Of a stretch of 64,000 nt of DNA, positions 9,698 through 18,269 are shown piece by piece. The stretch is from Methanobacteriota archaeon (GTDB lineage: Archaea; Thermoplasmatota; Poseidoniia; MGIII; CG-Epi1): the NCBI GenBank assembly GCA_029977605.1, contig JAPOKN010000001.1, positions 28,064-92,063 of the forward strand. Reading direction: 5' to 3'. A model generated the notes under the pieces. It saw nothing but the letters and a program-made list of their open reading frames with translations, was not told the origin of the DNA and did not search any database. Every line of letters begins with the position of its first letter. Position 1 is the stretch's first letter. A program made the position numbers and the translations under genes.

Positions 9698-11299
9698 TTA
9701 GTTTATTTTCTTATGTTCTAAAGCAGCTTTCACTAATCCAAAATGTAATGGCGACGGATTATCAGGTCTTGATTTAAACTCAGGATGAAATTGTGATGCC
9801 ATAAAATAAGGATGGTTTTCTAACTCAAGAATCTCCATACGTCTTCCACTCTTATCTCTTCCAGTATATTTCATTCCCTTTTCTTCAATTTGCGATATAT
9901 ATTCTGGATTGATTTCGTATCTGTGACGATGCCTTTCAAATATAGTATTACTATTGTATAACTCTTGGGCTTTTCCTCCTGAAATCACAACTTCATGGTC
10001 ACCTAATCTCATAGTAGCTCCCATATCCTTTACACCTTCTTGTTCAGGTAAGATGTCTATTACAGGATGCTTTCCTTCAGAATCTAACTCTGATGAATTA
10101 GCATCTTTTAATCCTAAAACGTTACGAGCGAATTCTACAGTAGCTAGCTGAAATCCGAAACAAACACCGAGGTATGGAGTATTAGTTTCACGAGCCCATT
10201 TAGCACTCATTATTTTTCCCTCTGAGCCTCTACTTCCGAATCCACCAGGAACTAGAACACCATTTACGCCTTCAAGGCTTTTTGTATTTCCACTATCTTC
10301 TAAATCAGGAGCTTCAATCCACCTTATTTTCACTTTACAATCAAGTAATGCACCTGCATACCTCAAGGATTCCTCGTGGGATATGTACGAATCTTTCAAG
10401 TCAGTATATTTTCCTATTAAAGCAATTTCTACACCATTTTTACCATTTGAAATCCTCTCAGCAAAATCTTCCCATTTAGTAAGGTCCGGTGTTTTAGGCG
10501 TAAGTCCTAGACGTTTCTCAACTAAGTCAGGTAATTTTTGATCGAGGAAGACCATAGGTACATCGTAAATGGATCTTGCATCAGGTGCAGAGATTACACA
10601 TTCACGAGGTATATCAGCAAAAAATGCTATTTTTGTAGCTATTTCTTCTTCAAGTTTTGTACTACTTCTTCCCACAATAATGTCAGGTCTTATTCCAAGT
10701 CCCTGTAGTTCTTTTACAGAATGTTGAGTTGGCTTTGTTTTTTGTTCTCCTACTGCACCTACTACTGGAACTAGTGTTGTATGAATGACCATTACATTTT
10801 CTTTGCCTTCTAACCTTCCCAATAACCTAACAGCCTCCATAAACGGCATCGATTCAATATCTCCTACGGTACCTCCTAATTCCACCATACAAATGTCAGC
10901 TTCAGCACTTTTAGCAGCATTTTGTATTCCATCTACAATTTCACGAACTACGTGTGGAATTATTTGAACAGTTTGACCTAGATAATCACCGCGCCTTTCT
11001 TTTTCGATTACATTTTTGAAAACTTTTCCTGTAGTAATATTATGTTCTTTTGTTAAATTACAACTTAAAAACCTTTCATAATTCCCTAAATCTAAATCTA
11101 CCTCTGAACCATCAGTCATTACAAAGACTTCACCGTGTTCGTATGGATTCATAGTCCCAGCATCTACGTTTAGATAAGGGTCAATTTTAACAGCTGTAAC
11201 TTTGTATCCTGCGCGTTGCAGTAGTAGGCCAGTAGAAGACGATGTAATTCCTTTTCCTATCCCAGAAAGAACTCCGCCGGTCACAAGTATATATTTCAT
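9698..11299 (-). CDS. pyrG: CTP synthase
   Basis: TGGVLSGIGKG, KIDPYLNVDAGTMNPYEHGEVFV, KTKPTQHSV, GVCFG, QFHPEF. Confidence 0.98.
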   Translation of the reverse strand: MKYILVTGGVLSGIGKGITSSSTGLLLQRAGYKVTAVKIDPYLNVDAGTMNPYEHGEVFVMTDGSEVDLDLGNYERFLSCNLTKEHNITTGKVFKNVIEKERRGDYLGQTVQIIPHVVREIVDGIQNAAKSAEADICMVELGGTVGDIESMPFMEAVRLLGRLEGKENVMVIHTTLVPVVGAVGEQKTKPTQHSVKELQGLGIRPDIIVGRSSTKLEEEIATKIAFFADIPRECVISAPDARSIYDVPMVFLDQKLPDLVEKRLGLTPKTPDLTKWEDFAERISNGKNGVEIALIGKYTDLKDSYISHEESLRYAGALLDCKVKIRWIEAPDLEDSGNTKSLEGVNGVLVPGGFGSRGSEGKIMSAKWARETNTPYLGVCFGFQLATVEFARNVLGLKDANSSELDSEGKHPVIDILPEQEGVKDMGATMRLGDHEVVISGGKAQELYNSNTIFERHRHRYEINPEYISQIEEKGMKYTGRDKSGRRMEILELENHPYFMASQFHPEFKSRPDNPSPLHFGLVKAALEHKKIN

Positions 11300-11377
11300 T
11301 GACTCAACGGACTAATACATGTTGGAAGCTCCCTATAAGGCCGTCGGTCCACTTAAACCCCTTTTCATTGATATATT

Positions 11378-12280
11378 GTGACAATAGATATCAAACGGCA
11401 TAATAGCAAATTATTTTGGTTTGATTTAGAGCCCAACAATGAAAAAGAATTTATTACAATTTATATTTTAATAGATGATAAAATAACACTAATTGAAACA
11501 GGTCCAGCTTGTTCACATGATAACTTAATTAGGGGAATAAATGAAGCTGGATTTACATTGTCAGATATAGACTTTATTATTCCTACTCACATTCACTTAG
11601 ATCATTTTGGCGGAGGAGGGCACATTATGGAAGTTTGCCATAATGCTAAAGCAGTAGTACATCCAAATGCAGTTTATCATATTTCTAATATAGATAAGTG
11701 GTGGTCAGGTAGTCTTGATTTTTTAGGAGATGTTGCAGAGCTATACGGAGAGCCTCTACCAATTCCTGAAGAAAGGATAATATCAGCTGAAGACGGTTTT
11801 AAGCTGGATTTAGGGTCATCAACGTTGAATGCCATGCACACACCTGGACATGCTCCACATCACATAACCTGGATAAATAATGAGTCAGCTTTTGTTGGCG
11901 ATTCTCTAGGGCTTTGGTATCCGGAGATAAATAAGGCATTTCCAGTTACTCCAGGATATTACCGGCACGATTTGGCTCTGCAAAGCATAAGCAACATGTC
12001 TAAATTGAATATAGATGAATTATTTTATACACATTTTGGACCGAGGCCAGCAGCAGGTGCTTTTCAGCAGACTATTAATGAATTTGAGACTTGGATGTCT
12101 ATTGTTGAAGATGGTATTAATGAAAGTCTCAGTTCAAAAGAAATATTGGGTACTTTATTTTTAACGCAAGACGGATTAAAGCTTACAGATATTAAGCATG
12201 GAATACATCAGAGAAACACTCATTTAGGTTCCATTGAAGGGATGATGGGTTGGATTAAAAGAGAAAATGAGAAAAACTAA
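11378..12280 (+). CDS. MBL-fold metallo-hydrolase
   Basis: THIHLDHFGG, HTPGHAPHH, FVGD, THFG. Confidence 0.9.
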   Translation: MTIDIKRHNSKLFWFDLEPNNEKEFITIYILIDDKITLIETGPACSHDNLIRGINEAGFTLSDIDFIIPTHIHLDHFGGGGHIMEVCHNAKAVVHPNAVYHISNIDKWWSGSLDFLGDVAELYGEPLPIPEERIISAEDGFKLDLGSSTLNAMHTPGHAPHHITWINNESAFVGDSLGLWYPEINKAFPVTPGYYRHDLALQSISNMSKLNIDELFYTHFGPRPAAGAFQQTINEFETWMSIVEDGINESLSSKEILGTLFLTQDGLKLTDIKHGIHQRNTHLGSIEGMMGWIKRENEKN

Positions 12281-12842
12281 TACTATTTCAACAGTTGAGC
12301 AATCTCCATACCCTCATGTGGTTGTGGAAGATTTTCTAGACGAGGATACCTTAGATTTAGTAATTGATGCACTTGCAGGACTTGAGTACAGTTTCAGTGA
12401 ATCTGATCTTTTTAGTTATTGGGCAAGTGTGAAGTTAACTGACATTGATCATCCTGCACTCAACGTATTAAGAGAAGATCTAGGCGATAGGTTGTGGAGA
12501 AAAGAAGTTTCACAAGCTTTTCAAGTTTCTAAATTATCTAGAATTGACATGGCTGCATACGTTTACGGGCAAGGGGATTTTTTACTGCCACACGATGATC
12601 AAGTAGAAGATCGCATCATCGCTTACAGTTTACATCTAACTCCAGATTTAGAAGAATTGGATGGAGGTTCGCTAGATCTTTTTGAAGGCAGAAAAGATGG
12701 TACTTCTAAATTAGTCAAATCAATAATTCCTAAATTTAATTCATTGAATATGTTCGAGGTTTCGGAGACCTCTTGGCACCAAGTTAGTGAAATTTTAACA
12801 GATATTCAGCGATTAACTCTTACAGGCTGGTACCATGTCTGA
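12267..12842 (+). CDS. 2OG-Fe(II) oxygenase, OGFOD1/Tpa1 catalytic-domain-like prolyl hydroxylase
   Basis: H109-x-D111...H171 iron triad, R182 2OG ligand; LLPHDD, RIIAY, GGSLDLF, FEVS..SWHQVSE, RLTLTGWYH. Confidence 0.85.
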   Translation: MRKTNTISTVEQSPYPHVVVEDFLDEDTLDLVIDALAGLEYSFSESDLFSYWASVKLTDIDHPALNVLREDLGDRLWRKEVSQAFQVSKLSRIDMAAYVYGQGDFLLPHDDQVEDRIIAYSLHLTPDLEELDGGSLDLFEGRKDGTSKLVKSIIPKFNSLNMFEVSETSWHQVSEILTDIQRLTLTGWYHV

Positions 12843-13389
12843 AATTAATTTTTATTATTTAGAGAAGCCTACGCTTTCTAACCTAAATAGAATATTTGGT
12901 TCAGCAGATATTCCTTTTATTCGCTTGTCTAAGTTTTTATCTAAAGAGGAGGTAAATTTTGATATGAAATCACAAAGGGATGAAAAAATAGGTTTTTACA
13001 GAAGATACGTGAGTCCTTCCCATCTTGGAGATTTCTGGGAGTCTAAAGATTTTCTTAGTTTTTTGGAATCAGGAACCGGTCTTAATCTTAAATTTCGTTC
13101 ATCACAAGGCCAAACTTATGGTCCCGGTGATTACTCCCTTCTGCATTCTGAGGAATTTGAAAGAAAAAGGTTAGTAGTAGTTTATGATTTCACAAATAAT
13201 TGGAATATTGAGTGGGGCGGACATGACATCTATACTTCTCCAGAAAAGGATCCCTTGATTTGCAACAGAGATGCAGGAACACTGATGCTAACTTTGCTGG
13301 ATGAAGGTGATTATTCCTGTACAAGATACGTTAGTTTGAAATCAGATTCTAAAGTTGTTATTGACAAAGTTATTTACGATTTAAAATAA
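12835..13389 (+). CDS. degenerate 2OG-oxygenase-fold protein resembling the Ofd1/Tpa1/OGFOD1 C-terminal domain
   Basis: INFYYL, IRLSKFL, FLSFLESGTGL, GDYSLLH, W..EWGG..Y, LLDEG..RYVS; no HxD...H triad. Confidence 0.7.
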   Translation: MSEINFYYLEKPTLSNLNRIFGSADIPFIRLSKFLSKEEVNFDMKSQRDEKIGFYRRYVSPSHLGDFWESKDFLSFLESGTGLNLKFRSSQGQTYGPGDYSLLHSEEFERKRLVVVYDFTNNWNIEWGGHDIYTSPEKDPLICNRDAGTLMLTLLDEGDYSCTRYVSLKSDSKVVIDKVIYDLK

Positions 13390-13457
13390 TTACTTATTTT
13401 TGAGTACCTACGCTGTTTTTATATCTCACACACAAAACTAATGATTAGGAGATTATT

Positions 13458-14165
13458 TTGTCTAACTCAATTAACCTTGAAAAAACGAAGATGGAATTAC
13501 TTAGGGGGAATCCAATTTTTGTCTTCGACGAAGAGGGCAGGGAATCCGAAACTGATATTTTCTTTTATGCCAAATCAGTTACAAGTAATAATTTAAATTA
13601 TTTGAGAAAAAATGGAGGGGGGATGATTTTCTTAGCCTCTGATTATTCTATTTCAAGAAAATTGGGAATTCCTTTTATGGAAGAGATATATGAGGCTGCA
13701 TTTTCAAATTCAAATGAGTTTGCGATATTAGAGATGATGAAACACCATTCATTACCTTACACAAAGTCTAAATCTTCATTTTCCATATTTATTAATCACA
13801 AGGATACTTTTACTGGGATAACTGACGACGATCGTTCTCTAACTGCGCGTTCATTTTCAGAAGTTTTTGAGCAAGCCGAAGCTATAAGCGCTGAAGAATC
13901 TAGAAACATAATGGGAAATTCGTTCAGAAGTCCAGGCCATGTACCAATTTGCATAGCGGCTTCTAATGGACTTTCTGAGAGGCAAGGACATACAGAATTA
14001 ATAACTGAATTATTTAAAAAAATAAGTTTAACACCTGTTGCATTAGGCTGTGAAATGGTTTCTAAATCAGGTAAATCCCTAACACGTTATGAAGCAGAGA
14101 TTTTCGCAAAAGATAATGGATATTTATTTTTAGAGGGCCAACATATCAAAGAGGTATGTTTGTGA
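13458..14165 (+). CDS. ribB: 3,4-dihydroxy-2-butanone 4-phosphate synthase (archaeal type)
   Basis: FDEEGRESETD, KSSFSIFINH..TFTGITDDDR, FRSPGHV, RQGHTE, CEM. Confidence 0.9.
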   Translation: MSNSINLEKTKMELLRGNPIFVFDEEGRESETDIFFYAKSVTSNNLNYLRKNGGGMIFLASDYSISRKLGIPFMEEIYEAAFSNSNEFAILEMMKHHSLPYTKSKSSFSIFINHKDTFTGITDDDRSLTARSFSEVFEQAEAISAEESRNIMGNSFRSPGHVPICIAASNGLSERQGHTELITELFKKISLTPVALGCEMVSKSGKSLTRYEAEIFAKDNGYLFLEGQHIKEVCL

Positions 14166-14602
14166 AAGTTGTAGCTACTGGTGTTTTTGATATAATTCAC
14201 ATAGGTCACGCCCACTTCTTGAATGCAGCCAAAAAGCATGGTGATCATTTGACAGTTATTGTAGCTAATGATGCTACGGTCAGGAAAATGAAAGGGGAGC
14301 CCATTTTATCAGACAAGAGGCGCTCAGAAGTAGTTTCTCAACTTAAACCCGTAGATAAAGTAGTTATAGGAAGGACGGGAGATATGCTTGATATTATTGT
14401 TGAAGACATAAAACCTGATGTTATTGCATTAGGCTTTGATCAACGATTATTTACGACAAAAGAATTAGCAGCTAAACTACTGGAAAGGGGCTTAGAAGTT
14501 AAAGTAGTTAGACTTGAAGAAATGGAACAAGATTTAGCAGGTTCACGTAAAATAATTTCTAAAATTTTAAAGATATATAGGAAAAAATATAGTTCTGAAT
14601 AA
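14156..14602 (+). CDS. ribL: archaeal FAD synthetase
   Basis: ATGVFDIIHIGHAHFL, KPDVIALGFDQ; lies within the rib operon. Confidence 0.85.
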   Translation: MFVKVVATGVFDIIHIGHAHFLNAAKKHGDHLTVIVANDATVRKMKGEPILSDKRRSEVVSQLKPVDKVVIGRTGDMLDIIVEDIKPDVIALGFDQRLFTTKELAAKLLERGLEVKVVRLEEMEQDLAGSRKIISKILKIYRKKYSSE

Positions 14603-15216
14603 TGGTTTTTACAGGAATAATACAAGAAAAAGCGCAGGTATCTAGTATTGAAAAATCACAAGATTTTTCTAGTATTCAAGTAGTGGCAAGTTCAGATTTC
14701 GTAGAAGGTATTAAAATTGGAGCAAGCGTTTCAATTGATGGAGTTTGCTTAACAGTTACTTCAATAAAGGATAATAGTCTGACTTTCGATATAATTGTAG
14801 AAACCTTAAGAGTCACTAATTTATCAAATTTAGAGGAGTCCGACTTAGTTAATCTAGAAAGGGCAGCACGTTTTGGGGATGAAATTGGCGGACATATTAT
14901 TTCAGGGCACGTTTCTGGAATCGTTAAAATATCAAAAATCAAAAAGACAACTAATAATCACATTCTTTCCTTTAAAGCAAGTAATGATTTGATAAAATAT
15001 ATTTTTCCAAAGGGGTATGTCTCATTAAACGGAATAAGCTTAACTATTGGAGAAGTAAATAGAATAGATAATATTTTCACAGTTTATTTAATTCCTGAAA
15101 CGTTAAGAATTACGACTATGCAAGATAAGAAAATTGGAGATATGATTAACTTAGAAATCGAAACGCAAACCAAAAATACTGTAGATTTAATAACTGAAAT
15201 GCAGGTGAGAAAATAA
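14602..15216 (+). CDS. ribC: riboflavin synthase, bacterial alpha-chain type
   Basis: FTGII, SVSIDGVCLTV, VNLERA, GGHIISGHV, GISLTI, LIPETL. Confidence 0.93.
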   Translation: MVFTGIIQEKAQVSSIEKSQDFSSIQVVASSDFVEGIKIGASVSIDGVCLTVTSIKDNSLTFDIIVETLRVTNLSNLEESDLVNLERAARFGDEIGGHIISGHVSGIVKISKIKKTTNNHILSFKASNDLIKYIFPKGYVSLNGISLTIGEVNRIDNIFTVYLIPETLRITTMQDKKIGDMINLEIETQTKNTVDLITEMQVRK

Positions 15217-15620
15217 TGGCAAAGTCTGTAGCAATTGTAGCTGGTAGCTATCATAAAGGAAAAGTTGAGAAAATGGTTGAGATTGTTAAATCATTGTCAT
15301 CTGAAAACAATTTATTGATCGAAGAAATAAGCTGGGTTCCAGGGTCAATGGAGCTTCCACTACAGATTAAACGTTTGTTACTTAGGGAATCAATTGAAGG
15401 CGTAATAGTTTTAGGAATTATTGAAAAAGGAGAAACAGATCATGGTCTAGTTATGGGTCAGGCAGTTACTAAGTCAATTATAGATTTACAATTACTTTCA
15501 ATGAAGCCTATAGGTTTTGGAATAATAGGTCCCGGTGCTGAAGAAGAACAAATTGATAAAAGAGTAGAAATACATGCTAAGCAAGCAGTAATAGCAGTTT
15601 CCGAGATGTTATCTAATTGA
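15216..15620 (+). CDS. ribH: 6,7-dimethyl-8-ribityllumazine synthase
   Basis: VPGSMELP, LGIIEKGETDH, KPIGFGIIGPG. Confidence 0.9.
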   Translation: MAKSVAIVAGSYHKGKVEKMVEIVKSLSSENNLLIEEISWVPGSMELPLQIKRLLLRESIEGVIVLGIIEKGETDHGLVMGQAVTKSIIDLQLLSMKPIGFGIIGPGAEEEQIDKRVEIHAKQAVIAVSEMLSN

Positions 15621-18234
15621 TTTTCTTTTTTATTTTCCAATTACTCATTTTATATTTTTCTATTGTATAGTGGAGAGCATGGTAGAAGCTTGGTAGAGCA
15701 AAAACAGCCATTAGGAGAGAGAATAGGACCAATGTAATAATTAATGCGAAGAAATTTCTTAATCCAATAAATTGACTACTAAAGAAGGAAATGAGAACTC
15801 CGGAGAACACTCCTCCCATCGTGGTAAATGTAGCTTCTACCACTGATTGACCTGTATTTTCAACAGCTTTTTGAATTCCTTCAGGAGTAGTGCCTTCTTC
15901 TCTTACTCTTTCAGTAATTTGAATTGAATTATCAATACCAATTCCGATAATAATTGTTCCAACCATCGCGGTAAAAATATTTAGATTAGTACCTCCTGCA
16001 TCAACAGTAGCCGGATACCATAGAATTACTAACAAGATAGGTAAGAAAGTAATTACTCCGAATTTAACTGAACTAAAAATCACAATCATGGTTATCAAAA
16101 CTAAAAGTAAACTTAGCTTAATCGTATCGAATTGAGTTTCTTGAATTCCTTCATTAATAGCAATGCTTACAGGAGGCCCTCCAGTTAACTGAGACATTTG
16201 CGCGTCATGGGCATGAATTTGTTTATCTCTTAAAAATGCGATATCATCTATTTCATTAACTAAGATTGTAGTATCATCAATATTGATGTACGGCATGCTA
16301 ACATAAATTAGTGCTTTATCATATTCATCAGTCAAAAGCATGGCTCGCATTTCATCAGTAAATGATTCGTAAAATACATCGATCATATCACTCCTTAGTT
16401 GTTCTCTACTGTAAAGCGGATTTATATCAATCCAAACATAATCATCACCAAAAAAGTCACTGTGCAAGAAATCCCAAAAGCTTCCGTCGAATTCAAATTG
16501 AGTTTCACCATCTAAATCTTCTAAGGCTATAGTGATATGTGCCGATTTGAAAAAGTCCACGATAGAAAATGCTGAAACATTTATGAGTTCATTAGAATTT
16601 CTATTAGTAACAGATAAATTATTTATTTCACCTTGCGTCCAATTCATCACATCTAAAACATCTAAATCTTTAGCAGCTGGCTTTAATCTATCTTCAGGTC
16701 CGTTTACTAGTAAAATCCCAGTTTGTCCAGCCTCAAATTTTTCAGAATATTCGCCTAATTTCTTAATTGAATCTATATCTTCAGGTGCAGATTCACTTCC
16801 TTTGATATCTTGATCCATTACTGCAATTCTTGCTATAGAGTAAGAAGTTGTTAGGAGAAGAACTAATAAAATCACTTTCCACTGTTTTGTTGATAGGACA
16901 GCTATACTTTTCCACCCTTCTGATTTATGCCTTGAATAATTAGTTAGCTTCATAATTGCAGGAGTCATACTTACTGTCAGAAAGAATGCGCACATTACTC
17001 CAACAATCATAGTAAATCCAACAGTTCTCATTGGAGCAATTGGAGAAATGAAGAGAGCAGAAAAACCAATTGTATCAGTTACGGCACACAGAAAAGTTGC
17101 TTTACCTGTTGTAAGTAATGCTAAAAATGTAGCTCTTGGCATTTTATTTCCTTCATCTTTAAATTCCACAATTCGATTAGCTACGTGTAATCCATAGTCA
17201 ACACCAATTCCAACCAAAATTGGTCCAGCTGCTACGATCATAGGGGTCAGAACCACTCCAGATAAATTTACAATCCCAAGAGTCCAAATTAAAGCACAAA
17301 AGATTGGTACTAAAACAACAGGTATGGCCAACCAATTTCTATGAAAAAATAGCATCATCGCGATAACTATTCCCAATGAAATAGGTAACATTGTTAGTAA
17401 ATCATCGTATAGTCTAGCAGTTACTTCGTGAAGAACAACAACAAGACCAGTTTGAGTCATGTCAGTTCTAGCATTATATCTTTGATCAATATGCTCTTGA
17501 ATCTTAGCAATCATTTCCTCTTGTGAAGCATCATTATTTTCGCCTTGATATTTTAGGGCGAATAGAATTACTGCCGTATCAATTATTTTATCATCATTTG
17601 TATCTATAGCAAAATTTTGTAAGGCTGATGAGGTACTATCATATATTTGGTCTACTCTATCTTGATCATCTGGTATATTGTATGTACCAGTCAGATTTAC
17701 GGTATCATCGTCATTTTGCTCAATACTTAATCCACCAAATATTTTCCCTTCAGTTGCTTCTATAAATCTAGCATTTGTTGAGTTAAATTCCTTAATTAGA
17801 GTAGAAATACTTAGTGTAAAAATTATTCCGTCTTTATCTCCTCGATCGGCCTGATAAGTTTCCAAATCTTCACTTTGTCCATATTTATCAATTGTAGTTT
17901 CAAGAAGAGCAATTTCTTTCAAAGTAGGAACATATGTAATATTATCAACCACAATATCATTAAAGACATTAGGATCATTTGCATTTCCTGTTTCAATATA
18001 GACAATTATTAGATCAGTTGCCCAATCTTGTCTAACTTCAATTAATATTTCTGTAGATTCCTCACCTTCAGGAAGATATACTTCGATATCTCTTGTCATA
18101 TTTTCTTCGAAGGTTAAGGCAGATTGTAGAAGAAGAAGAGTTATTAGACTAAGAACGGCAATGGTGGCTACAGCATTTTTCAAAATTATATTAGTATAAA
18201 TTTGAACTCCGTTCTCTAAAGTCTTTGTAATCAC
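15613..18234 (-). CDS. RND/MMPL family transporter (HAE3-like)
   Basis: Two repeats of large loop plus TM bundle; GIGVDYGLH and GIGIDNSIQ TM4 motifs. Confidence 0.88.
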   Translation of the reverse strand: MITKTLENGVQIYTNIILKNAVATIAVLSLITLLLLQSALTFEENMTRDIEVYLPEGEESTEILIEVRQDWATDLIIVYIETGNANDPNVFNDIVVDNITYVPTLKEIALLETTIDKYGQSEDLETYQADRGDKDGIIFTLSISTLIKEFNSTNARFIEATEGKIFGGLSIEQNDDDTVNLTGTYNIPDDQDRVDQIYDSTSSALQNFAIDTNDDKIIDTAVILFALKYQGENNDASQEEMIAKIQEHIDQRYNARTDMTQTGLVVVLHEVTARLYDDLLTMLPISLGIVIAMMLFFHRNWLAIPVVLVPIFCALIWTLGIVNLSGVVLTPMIVAAGPILVGIGVDYGLHVANRIVEFKDEGNKMPRATFLALLTTGKATFLCAVTDTIGFSALFISPIAPMRTVGFTMIVGVMCAFFLTVSMTPAIMKLTNYSRHKSEGWKSIAVLSTKQWKVILLVLLLTTSYSIARIAVMDQDIKGSESAPEDIDSIKKLGEYSEKFEAGQTGILLVNGPEDRLKPAAKDLDVLDVMNWTQGEINNLSVTNRNSNELINVSAFSIVDFFKSAHITIALEDLDGETQFEFDGSFWDFLHSDFFGDDYVWIDINPLYSREQLRSDMIDVFYESFTDEMRAMLLTDEYDKALIYVSMPYINIDDTTILVNEIDDIAFLRDKQIHAHDAQMSQLTGGPPVSIAINEGIQETQFDTIKLSLLLVLITMIVIFSSVKFGVITFLPILLVILWYPATVDAGGTNLNIFTAMVGTIIIGIGIDNSIQITERVREEGTTPEGIQKAVENTGQSVVEATFTTMGGVFSGVLISFFSSQFIGLRNFFALIITLVLFSLLMAVFALPSFYHALHYTIEKYKMSNWKIKKKIN

Positions 18235-18269
18235 AAGTACCCTATCGAGGCCTCAAAATAAATGTAATC

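Noticed and set aside
12820-12860. Sequencing frameshift splitting one fused OGFOD1-like gene
   Set aside because: Gene 1 ends right after the last catalytic-domain strand (GWYH). Gene 2 has its own ATG just before the first CTD motif, with no linker remnant or slippery run. Short overlaps are the norm in this window. Read-level confirmation is still advisable.
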